Positions 23,977 to 35,739 of a stretch of DNA of 57,190 nt are shown here, one piece after another (position 1 is the first letter of the stretch; the number at the start of each line of letters is the position of its first letter). The stretch comes from Deltaproteobacteria bacterium. GTDB lineage: Bacteria; Desulfobacterota; Syntrophobacteria; BM002. The notes beneath the pieces are model-generated. The model was not told the origin of the DNA, searched no databases, and worked only from the letters and a program-made list of their open reading frames with translations. The translations under genes and the position numbers were made by a program. The DNA lies in the NCBI GenBank assembly GCA_037384945.1, contig JARRNM010000038.1, positions 1 to 57,190 on the forward strand, given 5' to 3'.

Positions 23977-25581
23977 CTAAGACGGTCCGGCTCCACTGAT
24001 ATCTTCGGAGACGTCTTCAGCAAACTGCTTGAAGTTCTCCGCGAACATGGAGGCCAGCTTTTTCGCCTGTTGGTCGTAAGCCGCCTTGTCCTTCCAGGTG
24101 TTCCTGGGTTGCAGTACCTCGGACGGCACATCGGGGCAGGTCTCTGGCACCTCGATTCCAAAGAAAGGATCTTTGGTCCTGGGGATTTCTTCCAGAGTGC
24201 CATTTAACACCGCGCTAACCATGGCGCGGGTGTAAGGTAGTTTGATTCGTTTGCCGGTACCGTATGGACCGCCGCTCCAACCGGTATTGATGAGCCAGAC
24301 TGAGGCATGGTGTTTTGCTATTTTCTCACCCAAAAGATCCGCATACACTACTGGATTTAGAGCCATGAAAGGAGCTCCAAAGCAGGCGCTGAAAGTTGCC
24401 TGTGGCTCCTTGATACCCCTTTCAGTCCCGGCTACTTTAGCGGTATAACCGGAAAGAAAGTGATACATTGCCTGTTCCGGCGTCAATTTCGCAACAGGGG
24501 GCAATACCCCGAAGGCATCCGCCGTGAGAAACAATATTTGTTTAGGGTGACCACCCACCCCATCCCTCGTAGCATTGGGGATGTGAGATATGGGGTATGA
24601 TGCCCTGGTATTCTCGGTGAAGGCATCGCTGTCGAGATCGAGACGCCTGCTCGCTGAATCTATGGCCACATTCTCCAGAATTGTGCCAAATTGACGAGTG
24701 GTTTCATAAATCTCAGGCTCAGCCTCAGGAGATAGCCTGATCACCTTGGCGTAACAGCCTCCCTCGAAGTTAAACACGCCATTTTCACTCCATCCATGCT
24801 CATCGTCACCTATAAGCGTTCGATCCGGATCAGCCGAGAGGGTGGTCTTGCCCGTACCCGAAAGGCCGAAAAACAGGGCAAGATCATCTCGGCTCTTGCC
24901 GTAATTGGCTGAACAGTGCATGGGCAATACGTTCTTTTCCGGCAAGATATAGGTCATCACTGTCAGCATGGTCTTTTTTATCTCACCAGCATAATGGCTG
25001 CCTGCCACGATCGCCTCCATTCTGCCAAAATTGAGCAGGACTACGACCTCGGAATTGGTGCCATCCTCCTCGGGGTTGGCGTTGAAACCCGCAGCATCGA
25101 GAATAGTGAAATCCGGCTGGTGCTGGGCCAGCTTGAGTGGATCTAGTTCCCGGACGAACATGTTTCGGGCAAAGAGATTGTGCCAGGCCTTCTCGGTAAT
25201 CACTCTAATCGGAAGCCTATACTCGGGGTCTGCACCCACATAACAGTCCTGGACGTAGAGATCCTTACCCTCGAGATAGGCCAGAATGCGGGCCCGTAGC
25301 GTTTCATAGCGCTCGGGGCTGAAAGGCCGATTGACCTCACCCCAGTAGATCTTGTCCTGGCTGGATGGCTCTCGAACGAGGTACTTGTCGTTGGGGGAAC
25401 GGCCGGTGTACTGACCGGTACGAACCACGAGCGGTCCGAGATGGGACATTAGTCCTTCATACCGTTGAAGGGCGTGTTCATAGAGAGCGGGACTCGATAA
25501 GTTCCACCATATGGTATTGGCATTGGTTATCCCGAAGTCCTCTAAACCATGTAGACTCCTGACTTGACCTTGATCTTGCAT
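23977..25581 (-). CDS. pckA: Phosphoenolpyruvate carboxykinase (ATP)
   Basis: [22 protein letters not shown]-loop [24 protein letters not shown]. Confidence 0.98.
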   Translation of the reverse strand: MQDQGQVRSLHGLEDFGITNANTIWWNLSSPALYEHALQRYEGLMSHLGPLVVRTGQYTGRSPNDKYLVREPSSQDKIYWGEVNRPFSPERYETLRARILAYLEGKDLYVQDCYVGADPEYRLPIRVITEKAWHNLFARNMFVRELDPLKLAQHQPDFTILDAAGFNANPEEDGTNSEVVVLLNFGRMEAIVAGSHYAGEIKKTMLTVMTYILPEKNVLPMHCSANYGKSRDDLALFFGLSGTGKTTLSADPDRTLIGDDEHGWSENGVFNFEGGCYAKVIRLSPEAEPEIYETTRQFGTILENVAIDSASRRLDLDSDAFTENTRASYPISHIPNATRDGVGGHPKQILFLTADAFGVLPPVAKLTPEQAMYHFLSGYTAKVAGTERGIKEPQATFSACFGAPFMALNPVVYADLLGEKIAKHHASVWLINTGWSGGPYGTGKRIKLPYTRAMVSAVLNGTLEEIPRTKDPFFGIEVPETCPDVPSEVLQPRNTWKDKAAYDQQAKKLASMFAENFKQFAEDVSEDISGAGPS

Positions 25582-25665
25582 TTTAACCTCCGTGCAATTT
25601 TAGATTTAAGATTTTAGATTGGAGATTTTAAATTACAGATTTATTAATAAAATTAACGCATACCT

Positions 25666-28047
25666 TTAAGAATCTCCTTTCGCCACGGCCTCGCAGACCA
25701 CCGAAGGAACATCCGGAGAAAGCCTGACCTCTTCGTCTCTGTGTCGAATCACCAGACCGTCCCCTTGGAGCAAGGTGTAGGTGGTGCAATCGGACTTCAT
25801 GTCAACTTCTATTCTCTGCCCCCGGACTGTCAGGGGAAAGCGAATTCTGCCCTGCCCTTCGAATTGCACTGGGTTGAAGGACAGTTGGCCGTCATAATCG
25901 CGCATTCCCGCAAAACCATGCACCAGTACCATCCAGGTGGCGCCCATGGCTGCCATGTGGACCCCGTCACTCACATTACCTCCAACATCGGCAAGATCCA
26001 TGAGCACAGCATAACGGGCATAATCGTTTGCCTTTTCCAGATAACCCAACTCGAAGGCCACGATGCTCTGGATGCCCACAGATAGGGATGAATCCCCGGT
26101 AGTCAATGGATCGTAGTAGTCAAAGTTGCGCTTCTTCTCCTCTGTTGAGAACTCATCTCCGAGAAGAAACATGGCCAAGACCAGGTCTGCCTGCTTGATT
26201 ACCTTGTGCCGGTAGATAACCAGGGGATGGTAGTGAAGCAGTAAGGGATATTTGTCTTGAGGTGTGTTGTCGAAGTCCCACCTCTCCTTGTTAGGGAAGC
26301 TGTCGTCTTGAGGGTGAATGGAGGATTTGGCATCAAAGGGAAGGTACATGTTGTCTGCAGCCTTCTGCCATTCCTCGGTTTCGGATATGTCCAATCCGGT
26401 TTTGTCCACCAGTTCGGCAAAGCGGTCGGGATGATCCCGATGAATGTCTTTCATGGTTGCGGCGGCGTACCACAAGTTCTCTCTTGCCATCAGGTTGGTG
26501 AAGGTATTGTTATTCACCACGGTATTGTATTCGTCCGGTCCGGTAACTCCGTGAATGCAAAATTTCCCGCCCTTCCTCTCCGAGTAGAAACCAAGGTCGG
26601 CCCACAGCCTCGCTGTTTCCACCAGCATTTCCGCGCCCTCATCATAAAGAAACTCTAGATCACCCGTGGCATCCACGTACTTCCTCATGGCGTAGATAAT
26701 ATCTGCATTGATGTGATACTGGGCCGTTCCGGCGGCGTAGTAAGCAGAGGCCTCCTCACCGTTGATGGTCCGCCAGGGAAAAAGAGCCCCTCTCTGATTC
26801 AGCTCTTTGGCCCGCTCTCTGGCCTGCCCCAGCATGCTGTAACGGAACCTGAGCAGGTTCCTGGCAATTCGGGGCGAAGTGTAAATGAGAAAGGGAAGAA
26901 GGTAGATCTCGATATCCCAGAAATAGTGACCTTCATAGGCCTGTCCTGTGAGCCCCTTGGCCGGGACTCCCACTCCCTCCGCCCGGCCGGCTGCCTGGAA
27001 GACATGGAAGAGATTGAAGCGGACCGCCTGCTGCCACTCCTCTGTGGTCCTGCGTCTTCTGGAGGGATCCACGGAAACCTGAACGTCGCTCCTCTGCCAG
27101 AAACCGTCAAGACACCGCCGCTGACCTGCAAGCAGTGCGGAAAATCCTTGCTCCTTGGCACGGTCGAGGGTCCGTTCTGCTCTTCCGCACAACTCTTGGG
27201 GTGAAGCACTCCTTGACGAGTGGTAGGTAATGTATTTGGTCAGCTGAATGGGTAGCCCTGGTTTCGCTTCGATGGAAAAAACAACCTTGCCGGAATCTTC
27301 TGAAATTTCCCGTTTAAAAGAATACGGACACTCTGTTTCGACCACATGCTCCATACCACATGCTAGTGTCATCTTGCTGCGGTTCGTCTGGTAGCCAAAG
27401 ATTGCCCGCTGATCTTCTTCATAGACAACCATGGGCAACAGGACCCGGTCTCCGAAGCTCCGTGCTCGTCGAGGATCCCCTTCATCCACAACCTCACCTT
27501 GCTGATTGGTCAGCTTCGAGGAGAGCACCACCGGCGCCTTACCATTGTGAACCGTTACCTCGTAAGCAATGGCAGCAAGGTGACGGTGTTCCAGGGAGAC
27601 CAGCCTTCTGGACTTGATGGAAACTCTTTTTCCTGACGGCGTTTCCCAGAGTATCTCTCTGTCGAGGGTACCGTTTTTCATATCCAGGACACGCTCAAAG
27701 CTGAGCAGGTCGGCGGTAGGAAGATAAAAGGGCTCGTCGTCCACGTAAAGCCTAATAATTTTGGTATCCGGCACGTTGACTATGGTTTGCCCGGTTTTGG
27801 CAAAACCATAGGCCTCCTCCCCATAGACGATGGGCCAGGACTCATAGAATCCGTTGACAAAGGTGCCGTTCTCGTAGGTGGGCATCCCTTCATCGAAATT
27901 ACCCCTCATGCCTATATAGCCGTTGCTCAGGGAAAACATGGTTTCCGACTGAGCCAGAAAACGAGGGTAGAAATCCCTTTCGACAAATTTCCATTCATGG
28001 GGAGGATAAACATATTTGGGAGGTTTTAACCTCTCTCGGTGAAGCAT
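25666..28047 (-). CDS. GH65 disaccharide phosphorylase (trehalose/maltose/kojibiose family)
   Basis: NGYIGMRG, YEGHYFWD, GPDEY, IKQAD, HDGVH-like DGVHMA. Adjacent to beta-PGM. Confidence 0.93.
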   Translation of the reverse strand: MLHRERLKPPKYVYPPHEWKFVERDFYPRFLAQSETMFSLSNGYIGMRGNFDEGMPTYENGTFVNGFYESWPIVYGEEAYGFAKTGQTIVNVPDTKIIRLYVDDEPFYLPTADLLSFERVLDMKNGTLDREILWETPSGKRVSIKSRRLVSLEHRHLAAIAYEVTVHNGKAPVVLSSKLTNQQGEVVDEGDPRRARSFGDRVLLPMVVYEEDQRAIFGYQTNRSKMTLACGMEHVVETECPYSFKREISEDSGKVVFSIEAKPGLPIQLTKYITYHSSRSASPQELCGRAERTLDRAKEQGFSALLAGQRRCLDGFWQRSDVQVSVDPSRRRRTTEEWQQAVRFNLFHVFQAAGRAEGVGVPAKGLTGQAYEGHYFWDIEIYLLPFLIYTSPRIARNLLRFRYSMLGQARERAKELNQRGALFPWRTINGEEASAYYAAGTAQYHINADIIYAMRKYVDATGDLEFLYDEGAEMLVETARLWADLGFYSERKGGKFCIHGVTGPDEYNTVVNNNTFTNLMARENLWYAAATMKDIHRDHPDRFAELVDKTGLDISETEEWQKAADNMYLPFDAKSSIHPQDDSFPNKERWDFDNTPQDKYPLLLHYHPLVIYRHKVIKQADLVLAMFLLGDEFSTEEKKRNFDYYDPLTTGDSSLSVGIQSIVAFELGYLEKANDYARYAVLMDLADVGGNVSDGVHMAAMGATWMVLVHGFAGMRDYDGQLSFNPVQFEGQGRIRFPLTVRGQRIEVDMKSDCTTYTLLQGDGLVIRHRDEEVRLSPDVPSVVCEAVAKGDS

Positions 28048-28108
28048 AAACTCCTCTCTTAAGGTATCAATTCAAGTCGATCTGCAATCTTCAACCTAAA
28101 GTCTGCAA

Positions 28109-28846
28109 TCACAGAAGTTCCCCGGGATCGGGTACGACAATGTGGGCACCGTTCTCTCTCAACTCCTCCGCCTGTCCCTTACGGTCAACCCCAACAACCA
28201 GACCGAATCCGCCGTCTCGGCCGGCTTGGACGCCGGAGATAGCATCCTCCACCACCACGGCACGTTCCGGTTCCACCCCCAGCTGTTGAGCAGCTTTGAG
28301 AAACTTGTCAGGAGCGGGTTTGCCGGGAAGCTCCAGCTGGTTGGCCACCTCACCGTCCACCCTTACATCAAACAGATGGTCAAGGGACGCTGCCTCGAGG
28401 ACTGCTTTGCAGTTCTTACTCGCAGAAACTACGGCAGTTTTTATCCCCTGGCTTCGGAGTTGATTGACCAGTTCCACAGCCCCTTCGTAGACCTCGATAC
28501 CCTCTTCACGGAGGACTTTTTTAAACATTCGGTCTTTTACTTTCCCGAGACCCTGAACGGTCTCGTAGTTCGGAGGCTCAGCTGAGTCACCTTCAGGCAA
28601 GTAAATTCCACGAGACTGGAGAAAGCTGCGCACCCCGTCTTCTCGGAGCTTTCCGTCAATATGTTTCGGGTAATCTGTCTGGATGTCAAAGGGCTCAAAG
28701 GGTTCTTCAGGGCGACGCAACAGAAATTCATCAAACATCTTCTTCCAGCAAGCAGCGTGGACCTTGGCGGTGGCGGTAATCACGCCATCTAGATCAAAGA
28801 GCACCGCGTCAAACCTATCTTTGCTTATGGCTTTACTGTAAGTCAT
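28109..28846 (-). CDS. pgmB: Beta-phosphoglucomutase family HAD hydrolase
   Basis: FDLDGVIT, VVSASKN, GKPAPD, VVEDAISGVQAG. Start placed at MTYSK behind GAGGGA. Confidence 0.88.
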   Translation of the reverse strand: MTYSKAISKDRFDAVLFDLDGVITATAKVHAACWKKMFDEFLLRRPEEPFEPFDIQTDYPKHIDGKLREDGVRSFLQSRGIYLPEGDSAEPPNYETVQGLGKVKDRMFKKVLREEGIEVYEGAVELVNQLRSQGIKTAVVSASKNCKAVLEAASLDHLFDVRVDGEVANQLELPGKPAPDKFLKAAQQLGVEPERAVVVEDAISGVQAGRDGGFGLVVGVDRKGQAEELRENGAHIVVPDPGELL

Positions 28847-28867
28847 AATCGTCCCTCGACTGCCAAT

Positions 28868-29031
28868 TAATGTCCATCCGGAAACCATGTTTCTGGATGT
28901 CATTCTGAGGAGTCCCGCCGGGGCGGGACGACGAAGAATCTCGAGATTCTTCGCGGAGTTTACCCTGAGCCCGCCGACAGGTCTTGCCGAAGGGCTCAGA
29001 ATGACAATAGGGAATCTCCGGATAGAGACTA
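28868..29031. mobile_element. MITE/REP-like element copy 2
   Basis: Ends TAATGTCCATCCGGAAAC and CTCCGGATAGAGACTA; same core. Confidence 0.65.
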
Positions 29032-29032
29032 A

Positions 29033-29957
29033 TTAGTCATCAAATACTGTCGTGTCTGCTCCCCGCAAGTCTTTCACCGCCTGCATAACCCTCTTAGCCA
29101 TGGATTCTTCCGCCAGTTTCATATAGACACGAGGGTCATATGTCTTTTTATTTCCCACTTCTCCGTCAACCTTGAGAACACCATCGTAGTTCTTCAGCAT
29201 ATGATCTGCTATTGGACGAGTAAAGGCGTATTGGGTGTCTGTGTCGATATTCATCTTCACAACTCCGTAGTCGACTGCCTCTCTGATCTCCTCGAGTGAC
29301 GACCCCGAACCTCCGTGAAAGACTAGGTAAAAGAGCTTATCCTTCCCGTAGGTTTTCTCCAGAGCCTGCTGGCCTTCTCTGAGAATCGAGGGCTTGAGCT
29401 TGACGTGACCCGGCTTGTAGACCCCGTGGACGTTACCGAAGGTGGCAGCCACCAAATAACGGGCACCTTTGACTTCATTCATCCGGCGAGCCGCCTCGAG
29501 CATATCGTCAGGGGTGGTATAGAGTTTTTCAGCAGCCCCTTCTCCACTTACCCCGTCCTCTTCACCGCCTACTATGGCTATTGAACAGATTCGGCAAACC
29601 TGCCGCTCTGCGTCTTTCCGTCTCTTCTATGAGTGGGATGACGAAGCTCTCGAGCTTGTCAGCTTGACAGTGGTCCGTGTGCAAGGCAACATAGATGTCG
29701 TAGCGCTCTGCAAGGCGGTGGACATGTTCGGCAATGGACATGGCCCCCAAAGCCATGTCCTTGACCGAAGTACCGGAGGCGAAAGCCCCGCCTCCGGTGG
29801 AAACCTGAATAATGCCGTCGCAACGGCTCTCAGCCAACCCCTTCAGAACGGCATTGGCCGTTGTCAAAGAGGTCACGTTGATAGCCGGATAGGCAAACTT
29901 CTTGTCCCGCGCTCTATCCAACATTTTGCAGTAGGTTTCATAATCAGCAACTGGCAT
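29033..29957 (-). pseudogene. fbaA: Class II fructose-bisphosphate aldolase (FbaA type) with an internal deletion and frameshift at ~29572
   Basis: MPVADY..HTDHC..LFNSH in one frame, VGGEEDG..FGNVHGVYKPG..HGGSG..KMNIDTD in another. The MWDGS..EIEIG segment (~36 aa) is missing. Confidence 0.9.
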
Positions 29958-30062
29958 AGTAACTCCTCTATAATTTCGGATCCGGGCTTTCGCCTGCCGC
30001 CACCTCGCCCGCCATACGAGCAAGGCGAGGCGGGCGGGGAGGCGAAATCTCAAATCTAAATT

Positions 30063-31373
<1,311 letters not shown>

Positions 31374-31792
31374 TCACCACCCTTTCTTAAGATTCTTAAG
31401 ATTTTGGAAATAAGGGCAAATGCACTCATTCGTCTGAAGCATGTTGCCTATTGGTGTTTGGGATTAGTTAGGGTTAAATCCCTCTGGGATAACATAAGAG
31501 AGATATTAATAACTCTTTCCGACAAATCAACCTAAGTCAACTGTTATCACCCCTTTGTCTGGTGATAAAGACATAATTCTACAATGAAGAGTCTCTCAGG
31601 CTCAAGCAGAATTCTATGAGCGCACGACCACTTTTCAATCTGTGCTAGAGCCCCGAGCATGATTGGATCATCATTACAACCAAGTCAAGTGAGGAGAAGA
31701 TTCAATCAGCCCTGGTTGGCAATCGCTCAATTGGGTCTTATAATCATAACGTTGGACTCTATTTTAATACATCAAACAATAGGGGAATCGAA

Positions 31793-33013
31793 ATGGATCT
31801 GGATCTGCTTTCTTCGTTGGCTATTGAGAACGATACTAAAGTTGTTTTGGTAATCATGGACGGCTTGGGAGGTCTGGCGGGACCTGACGGGAAGACCTCT
31901 CTGGAAGCAGCGCACACCCCGAATCTTGATGGGCTCGCACTATCCTCCATTTGCGGCTTCCATGACCCTCTGGGGCCGGGACTCACCCCCGGGTCCGGGC
32001 CTGCGCACATTGGACTGTTCGGCTACGATCCCTTTCGTTACTTGATCGGGCGAGGCGTTCTGGACACAGCCGGGACCCCATTCGTATTCGAACCGGGTGA
32101 CATGGCCAGCAGGTTAAATTTCGCTACCCTGGCAGCCGACGGCACCATTGCCGACCGGCGGGCAGGACGAATACCCGACGAGAAAGGCAAACGGGTGACC
32201 GAGTTACTTGCCCAAAACATAAAAGAAATAGACGGAGTCCAGGTCTTGATGCAACATGTAAAAGAATACCGGGCTGCGGCAATTTTCCGGGGTAGGAAAC
32301 TGGACGGCCGCCTATGCGACAGCGATCCCCAACAGGTTGGCCACAAGCCGCTACAAGTTGCACCCACCGAAGAAAACCCCACTGCCGAGGCCAAGGAAGC
32401 GGCAGCTCTCGCCAACAAATTTATCGCCCGAGCGAAAGAAATACTGGCAGATGAACAGAAGGCCAACTTCGTCATGATGCGTGGTTTTGATATTTATGAG
32501 CCCCTGCCGAACTTCTGTGAACTCTACAAGTGGCGAGCCTGCGCGGTAGCCGCCTACCCCATGTACAAGGGCGTATCAAAGCTGGCCGGCATGCGGGTGA
32601 TCGAGGAAGGACAGTCCACCATTGAGGAAGAAATCGAGCTGGTGGAGCGTGAATTTCCCAAGACCGACTTCCTCTTTCTCCACGTGAAGAAAGCAGATTC
32701 GATGGGGGAAGACGGCAACTTTGAAGGAAAGGTGGGGGTAATAGAACATTTCGATCGTATTCTGCCCCGCCTCACGGCTCTGAAACCTGATGTTCTTTGC
32801 ATCACCGGAGACCACTCCACCCCTTGCAGGCTCAAAAGCCACTCCTGGCATCCGGTTCCCATATGTATTTCAGCAGAAAGTGTGAGGACCGACGCTTGCC
32901 AAACTTTCGGGGAGACGTCTTTTCTCACGGGAGGACTGGGGCGCATTCACAGCACAGAGGTTATGCCCCTGCTTCTGGCCCATGCGGGAAGATTAATGAA
33001 ATATGGCGCGTAA
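31793..33013 (+). CDS. apgM: 2,3-bisphosphoglycerate-independent phosphoglycerate mutase, archaeal-type
   Basis: MDGLGG, GLTPGSGPAH, RRAGRI, HVKKADSMGEDG, ITGDHSTP, HSWHPVP. Confidence 0.93.
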   Translation: MDLDLLSSLAIENDTKVVLVIMDGLGGLAGPDGKTSLEAAHTPNLDGLALSSICGFHDPLGPGLTPGSGPAHIGLFGYDPFRYLIGRGVLDTAGTPFVFEPGDMASRLNFATLAADGTIADRRAGRIPDEKGKRVTELLAQNIKEIDGVQVLMQHVKEYRAAAIFRGRKLDGRLCDSDPQQVGHKPLQVAPTEENPTAEAKEAAALANKFIARAKEILADEQKANFVMMRGFDIYEPLPNFCELYKWRACAVAAYPMYKGVSKLAGMRVIEEGQSTIEEEIELVEREFPKTDFLFLHVKKADSMGEDGNFEGKVGVIEHFDRILPRLTALKPDVLCITGDHSTPCRLKSHSWHPVPICISAESVRTDACQTFGETSFLTGGLGRIHSTEVMPLLLAHAGRLMKYGA

Positions 33014-33024
33014 GTCCAGGAAAG

Positions 33025-33093
33025 AACTAGGCACTAAGCACCAGACACTAGGCACAACAAAGAAGTAGTCGGTAGTCAGTAGCCGGTAGTTAG
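33025..33093. repeat. Heptamer repeat block, near-copy of 43804-43866
   Basis: AACTAGGCACTAAGCAC..AAGAAG(T/C)AGTC..GTAG at both sites. Confidence 0.7.
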
Positions 33094-33270
33094 TTATAGT
33101 AATTTAGAAATCATCCTTCGGACTCGCACCCTGCGGGCGGGTTCCGGGTTTCGACTTTAAGGAATGTTTTGACTCTATGCCCCATGCCCTATGCTCTATG
33201 CCTTCCGAAATCTGCAATCCGAAGTATCCAAAGTGCTTAGTACTTAGTAGCGGAACGGATGCGACCAGAA

Positions 33271-35028
33271 TCATTTCAGTTTCGGTTCTTCTTTGCCCAG
33301 TTGGAGGATTCGTTTGGCGTACTCCTTTTTCAACTCACCGATGAATGGTTCGTCAACTGGTCCCTTCCAGTTGGTCACTTCGGTAAAACGTTTGGGAATC
33401 TTTACCGCTTCCGGATCAAAACCGGTGGTCAGTCGAAGTCGCCAGCGCAACTTTTGAATATGCCGGGCCACCTCCTGCATGTTGTCGGCCAGAGTTGTGT
33501 AGCCCAGAGAATTCAGGCAGTCTGCCAGTAACTCATCCTTGTAGACTTCACGGGCAAAAAGACAGGCAACCATGGAGGTCAAGAGTACCCTGCCCTGTTC
33601 ATCCTTCACCAGAAAATCCACCGCCTCCTTTACCTCCCTATCTGTCGTGTGTTTCTGATCGTATGAATAGCCGCCACTGTCCAGGTGGGAATGTCTGAAT
33701 CCCAAAGCCTGGGAGGCGAAAAAGACCTCCCCGGTGGCATAGCCGGCCATCTCCTGACCTAGAACACAGGCAAAATCTTCACCGCCATAGTGCTCTGCCG
33801 CCTTCATGGTTCCCTGCCCAAGCAATCTGTAGAAGTCGTTGGAGCCTTTTCCAAGATGAAGCACGGCCTCTCTGTATGGATCAGCCTCACCAAACCTCAG
33901 GGGCACCAAGGTATCATTTTCTGAAAGAATGGTCCTTTCCAGCGCCTCCGTGGCCCAGGCCAAGGCCACCCCTGCCGACATGACATCGAGCCCCATCTTT
34001 TCCACTGTATCCATGAGGCCAAGGACCTTGAAACCGTCGGTCATACCCAGCATGGAACCAGTGGCAAATATGGGTTCGTGATCGTAGGAGACCTGACGAT
34101 AAAGATATTGATTGGGCTCCATAAATTTTTCCCGCACGAATCCCACGTGAATACAGCCAACCGGACAGTTGGCACAGGCAGTGTGCCGCAGGAGGATATC
34201 CTGAGCAAATCTTTCACCGGTAATTCCTTCGATCTCCGGATCACTGGTCTTTTGAAGATTCCTGCAGGGTAAAGCCTCAAGCTCATTCAATACGGCCACG
34301 TTAACCGGGGTGCCGAGGTTATGATACTTATCCATCATGTCTGTGGTAGTAAGCTGCTGGTAAACTTCTTTGAAAAGATCGGGATATTCTTTCCCCTCCG
34401 GCAGGTCGAAAACGCCGTCCCCTTGCACAACGATGGCCTTGAGGTTTTTGACTCCCATGACCGCGCCCCCTCCGAGCCTACCGAAATGACGGTAGGTGTC
34501 CACATTGATGCAGGCCATGGCCGAGCCGATTTCCCCGGCAGGACCTATACGCATAATGCTCCGATGCCCTGAGCCCGTTGACATGCGGCGAAGAAGCTTT
34601 CCCGCCTGATCCACCTCCATGCCCCACATGTAGTGGACATCTCTGACTTCAAGTTGGCGCGAGCCGATAAGGAGGCAGGAGGGTTTAGCCGCCTTGCCAC
34701 TAATCACCAGTCCGTCCAGATCGGCAAAGCGAAGTGAAAGGGCAGAGCGGCCCCCAGCGTGGCTTTCCGCGTACTGGTCATGGTAAGGTGATTTGAAACC
34801 ACACACGGTCTTACTGATGAGGGGAAAATAACCGGTGAGAGGACCGATGGTGAAAATGAGGGGTTGGTCGGGATCGTCCCATGGTCTGTCACTATGGCCA
34901 TAATCATTGAATAGGAGAGCCGCCAAGCCGCTGCCTCCAACAAACTGATCCCGACCCTCGAGGGTGAGAATCTTACCCCTACCTTTATCGAGATCCACCT
35001 TGAGTATCCTGAAGTAGTCTCTGATCAC
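33271..35028 (-). CDS. W/Mo-pterin aldehyde:ferredoxin oxidoreductase family catalytic subunit (GOR-like)
   Basis: FKSP..ESHAGGRSA, NVDTYRHFGRLG.GAVMG.KNLKA, CxxCxxxC (CANCPVGC) plus distal C (VACLF), MGLDVMSAG. GTG start overlaps the upstream stop (GTGA). Confidence 0.88.
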   Translation of the reverse strand: MIRDYFRILKVDLDKGRGKILTLEGRDQFVGGSGLAALLFNDYGHSDRPWDDPDQPLIFTIGPLTGYFPLISKTVCGFKSPYHDQYAESHAGGRSALSLRFADLDGLVISGKAAKPSCLLIGSRQLEVRDVHYMWGMEVDQAGKLLRRMSTGSGHRSIMRIGPAGEIGSAMACINVDTYRHFGRLGGGAVMGVKNLKAIVVQGDGVFDLPEGKEYPDLFKEVYQQLTTTDMMDKYHNLGTPVNVAVLNELEALPCRNLQKTSDPEIEGITGERFAQDILLRHTACANCPVGCIHVGFVREKFMEPNQYLYRQVSYDHEPIFATGSMLGMTDGFKVLGLMDTVEKMGLDVMSAGVALAWATEALERTILSENDTLVPLRFGEADPYREAVLHLGKGSNDFYRLLGQGTMKAAEHYGGEDFACVLGQEMAGYATGEVFFASQALGFRHSHLDSGGYSYDQKHTTDREVKEAVDFLVKDEQGRVLLTSMVACLFAREVYKDELLADCLNSLGYTTLADNMQEVARHIQKLRWRLRLTTGFDPEAVKIPKRFTEVTNWKGPVDEPFIGELKKEYAKRILQLGKEEPKLK

Positions 35029-35477
35029 GACGACAACTCCTCGGCTTCCTTTTGGGCTGTCGGCTCAAGGGGAACCGCTATAATTTCCAAACAGTCGTGA
35101 GGACAGAACTCCACGCATCTGCCGCAGTGGATGCAGACAAAGGGTTCCCTCGTCTCGTCGAGATAGATGGCGTCCACTGGACAGGCCTCGGCGCAGTCGC
35201 CGCAGCGGATACAGAGTTTTTTCCTCACAAGCACCCCCCCACCCTTACGCTGCGAGTAAGCCCCGGTTGGGCAGGCCTCGGCGCAGGGGGCAGGGTCACA
35301 GGCAAGACAGGGGCTGGCCTCAAAGCCGGTGGACAAACCGCCGGAAGATCTTATGCGAATGCCTGCCGTATCCCATGAAAGCCGCTTGTGGACAAGGCGG
35401 GCACAAGCCAGCGAGCAGGAGTGACAGCCAATACATCTCTCCATTCGGGGAGTCGTAAGTATTTTGGCAGCTTTCAT
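35025..35477 (-). CDS. Polyferredoxin-type 4Fe-4S subunit of the oxidoreductase
   Basis: Four Cys clusters: CIGCHSCSLAC, CLACDPAPCAEAC, CIRCGDCAEAC, CIHCGRCVEFC. Confidence 0.92.
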   Translation of the reverse strand: MKAAKILTTPRMERCIGCHSCSLACARLVHKRLSWDTAGIRIRSSGGLSTGFEASPCLACDPAPCAEACPTGAYSQRKGGGVLVRKKLCIRCGDCAEACPVDAIYLDETREPFVCIHCGRCVEFCPHDCLEIIAVPLEPTAQKEAEELSS

Positions 35478-35566
35478 AGGTGGACCTCTAGGATGTCCTT
35501 AAATTAGTTAAGGTAAAATATTAAAAAATAACTTTTTATATTATAATATTATATACTTGAGAGTAA

Positions 35567-35739
35567 CTATCAATCCGGAAACTTAACATTGCCATTCTGA
35601 GCCCTTCGCTTCACTCAGAGCCTGCCCTGAGCCTGTCGAAGGGATGAACTCCGCGAAGGATCATGAGATTCTTCGTCGTCCCGCCAACGACGGAACTCCT
35701 TAGAATGACAACCTCAAAGGAGGTTTCGGATGAACACTA
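35567..35739. mobile_element. MITE/REP-like element copy 3 (core inverted)
   Basis: ATCCGGAAAC .. GTTTCGGATGAACACTA; core CATTCTGAGCCCTTCG..GAGATTCTTCGTCGTCCCGC..AGAATGACA. Confidence 0.65.

Noticed and set aside
29562-29564. Selenocysteine or read-through at the TGA in fba
   Set aside because: The homologous sequence continues in a different frame and a segment is missing, so read-through cannot restore the protein.
35537-35554. ModE-like TATAT box upstream of the W/Mo enzyme
   Set aside because: Spacing is 8 rather than 7 and the region is extremely AT-rich, so chance is likely.
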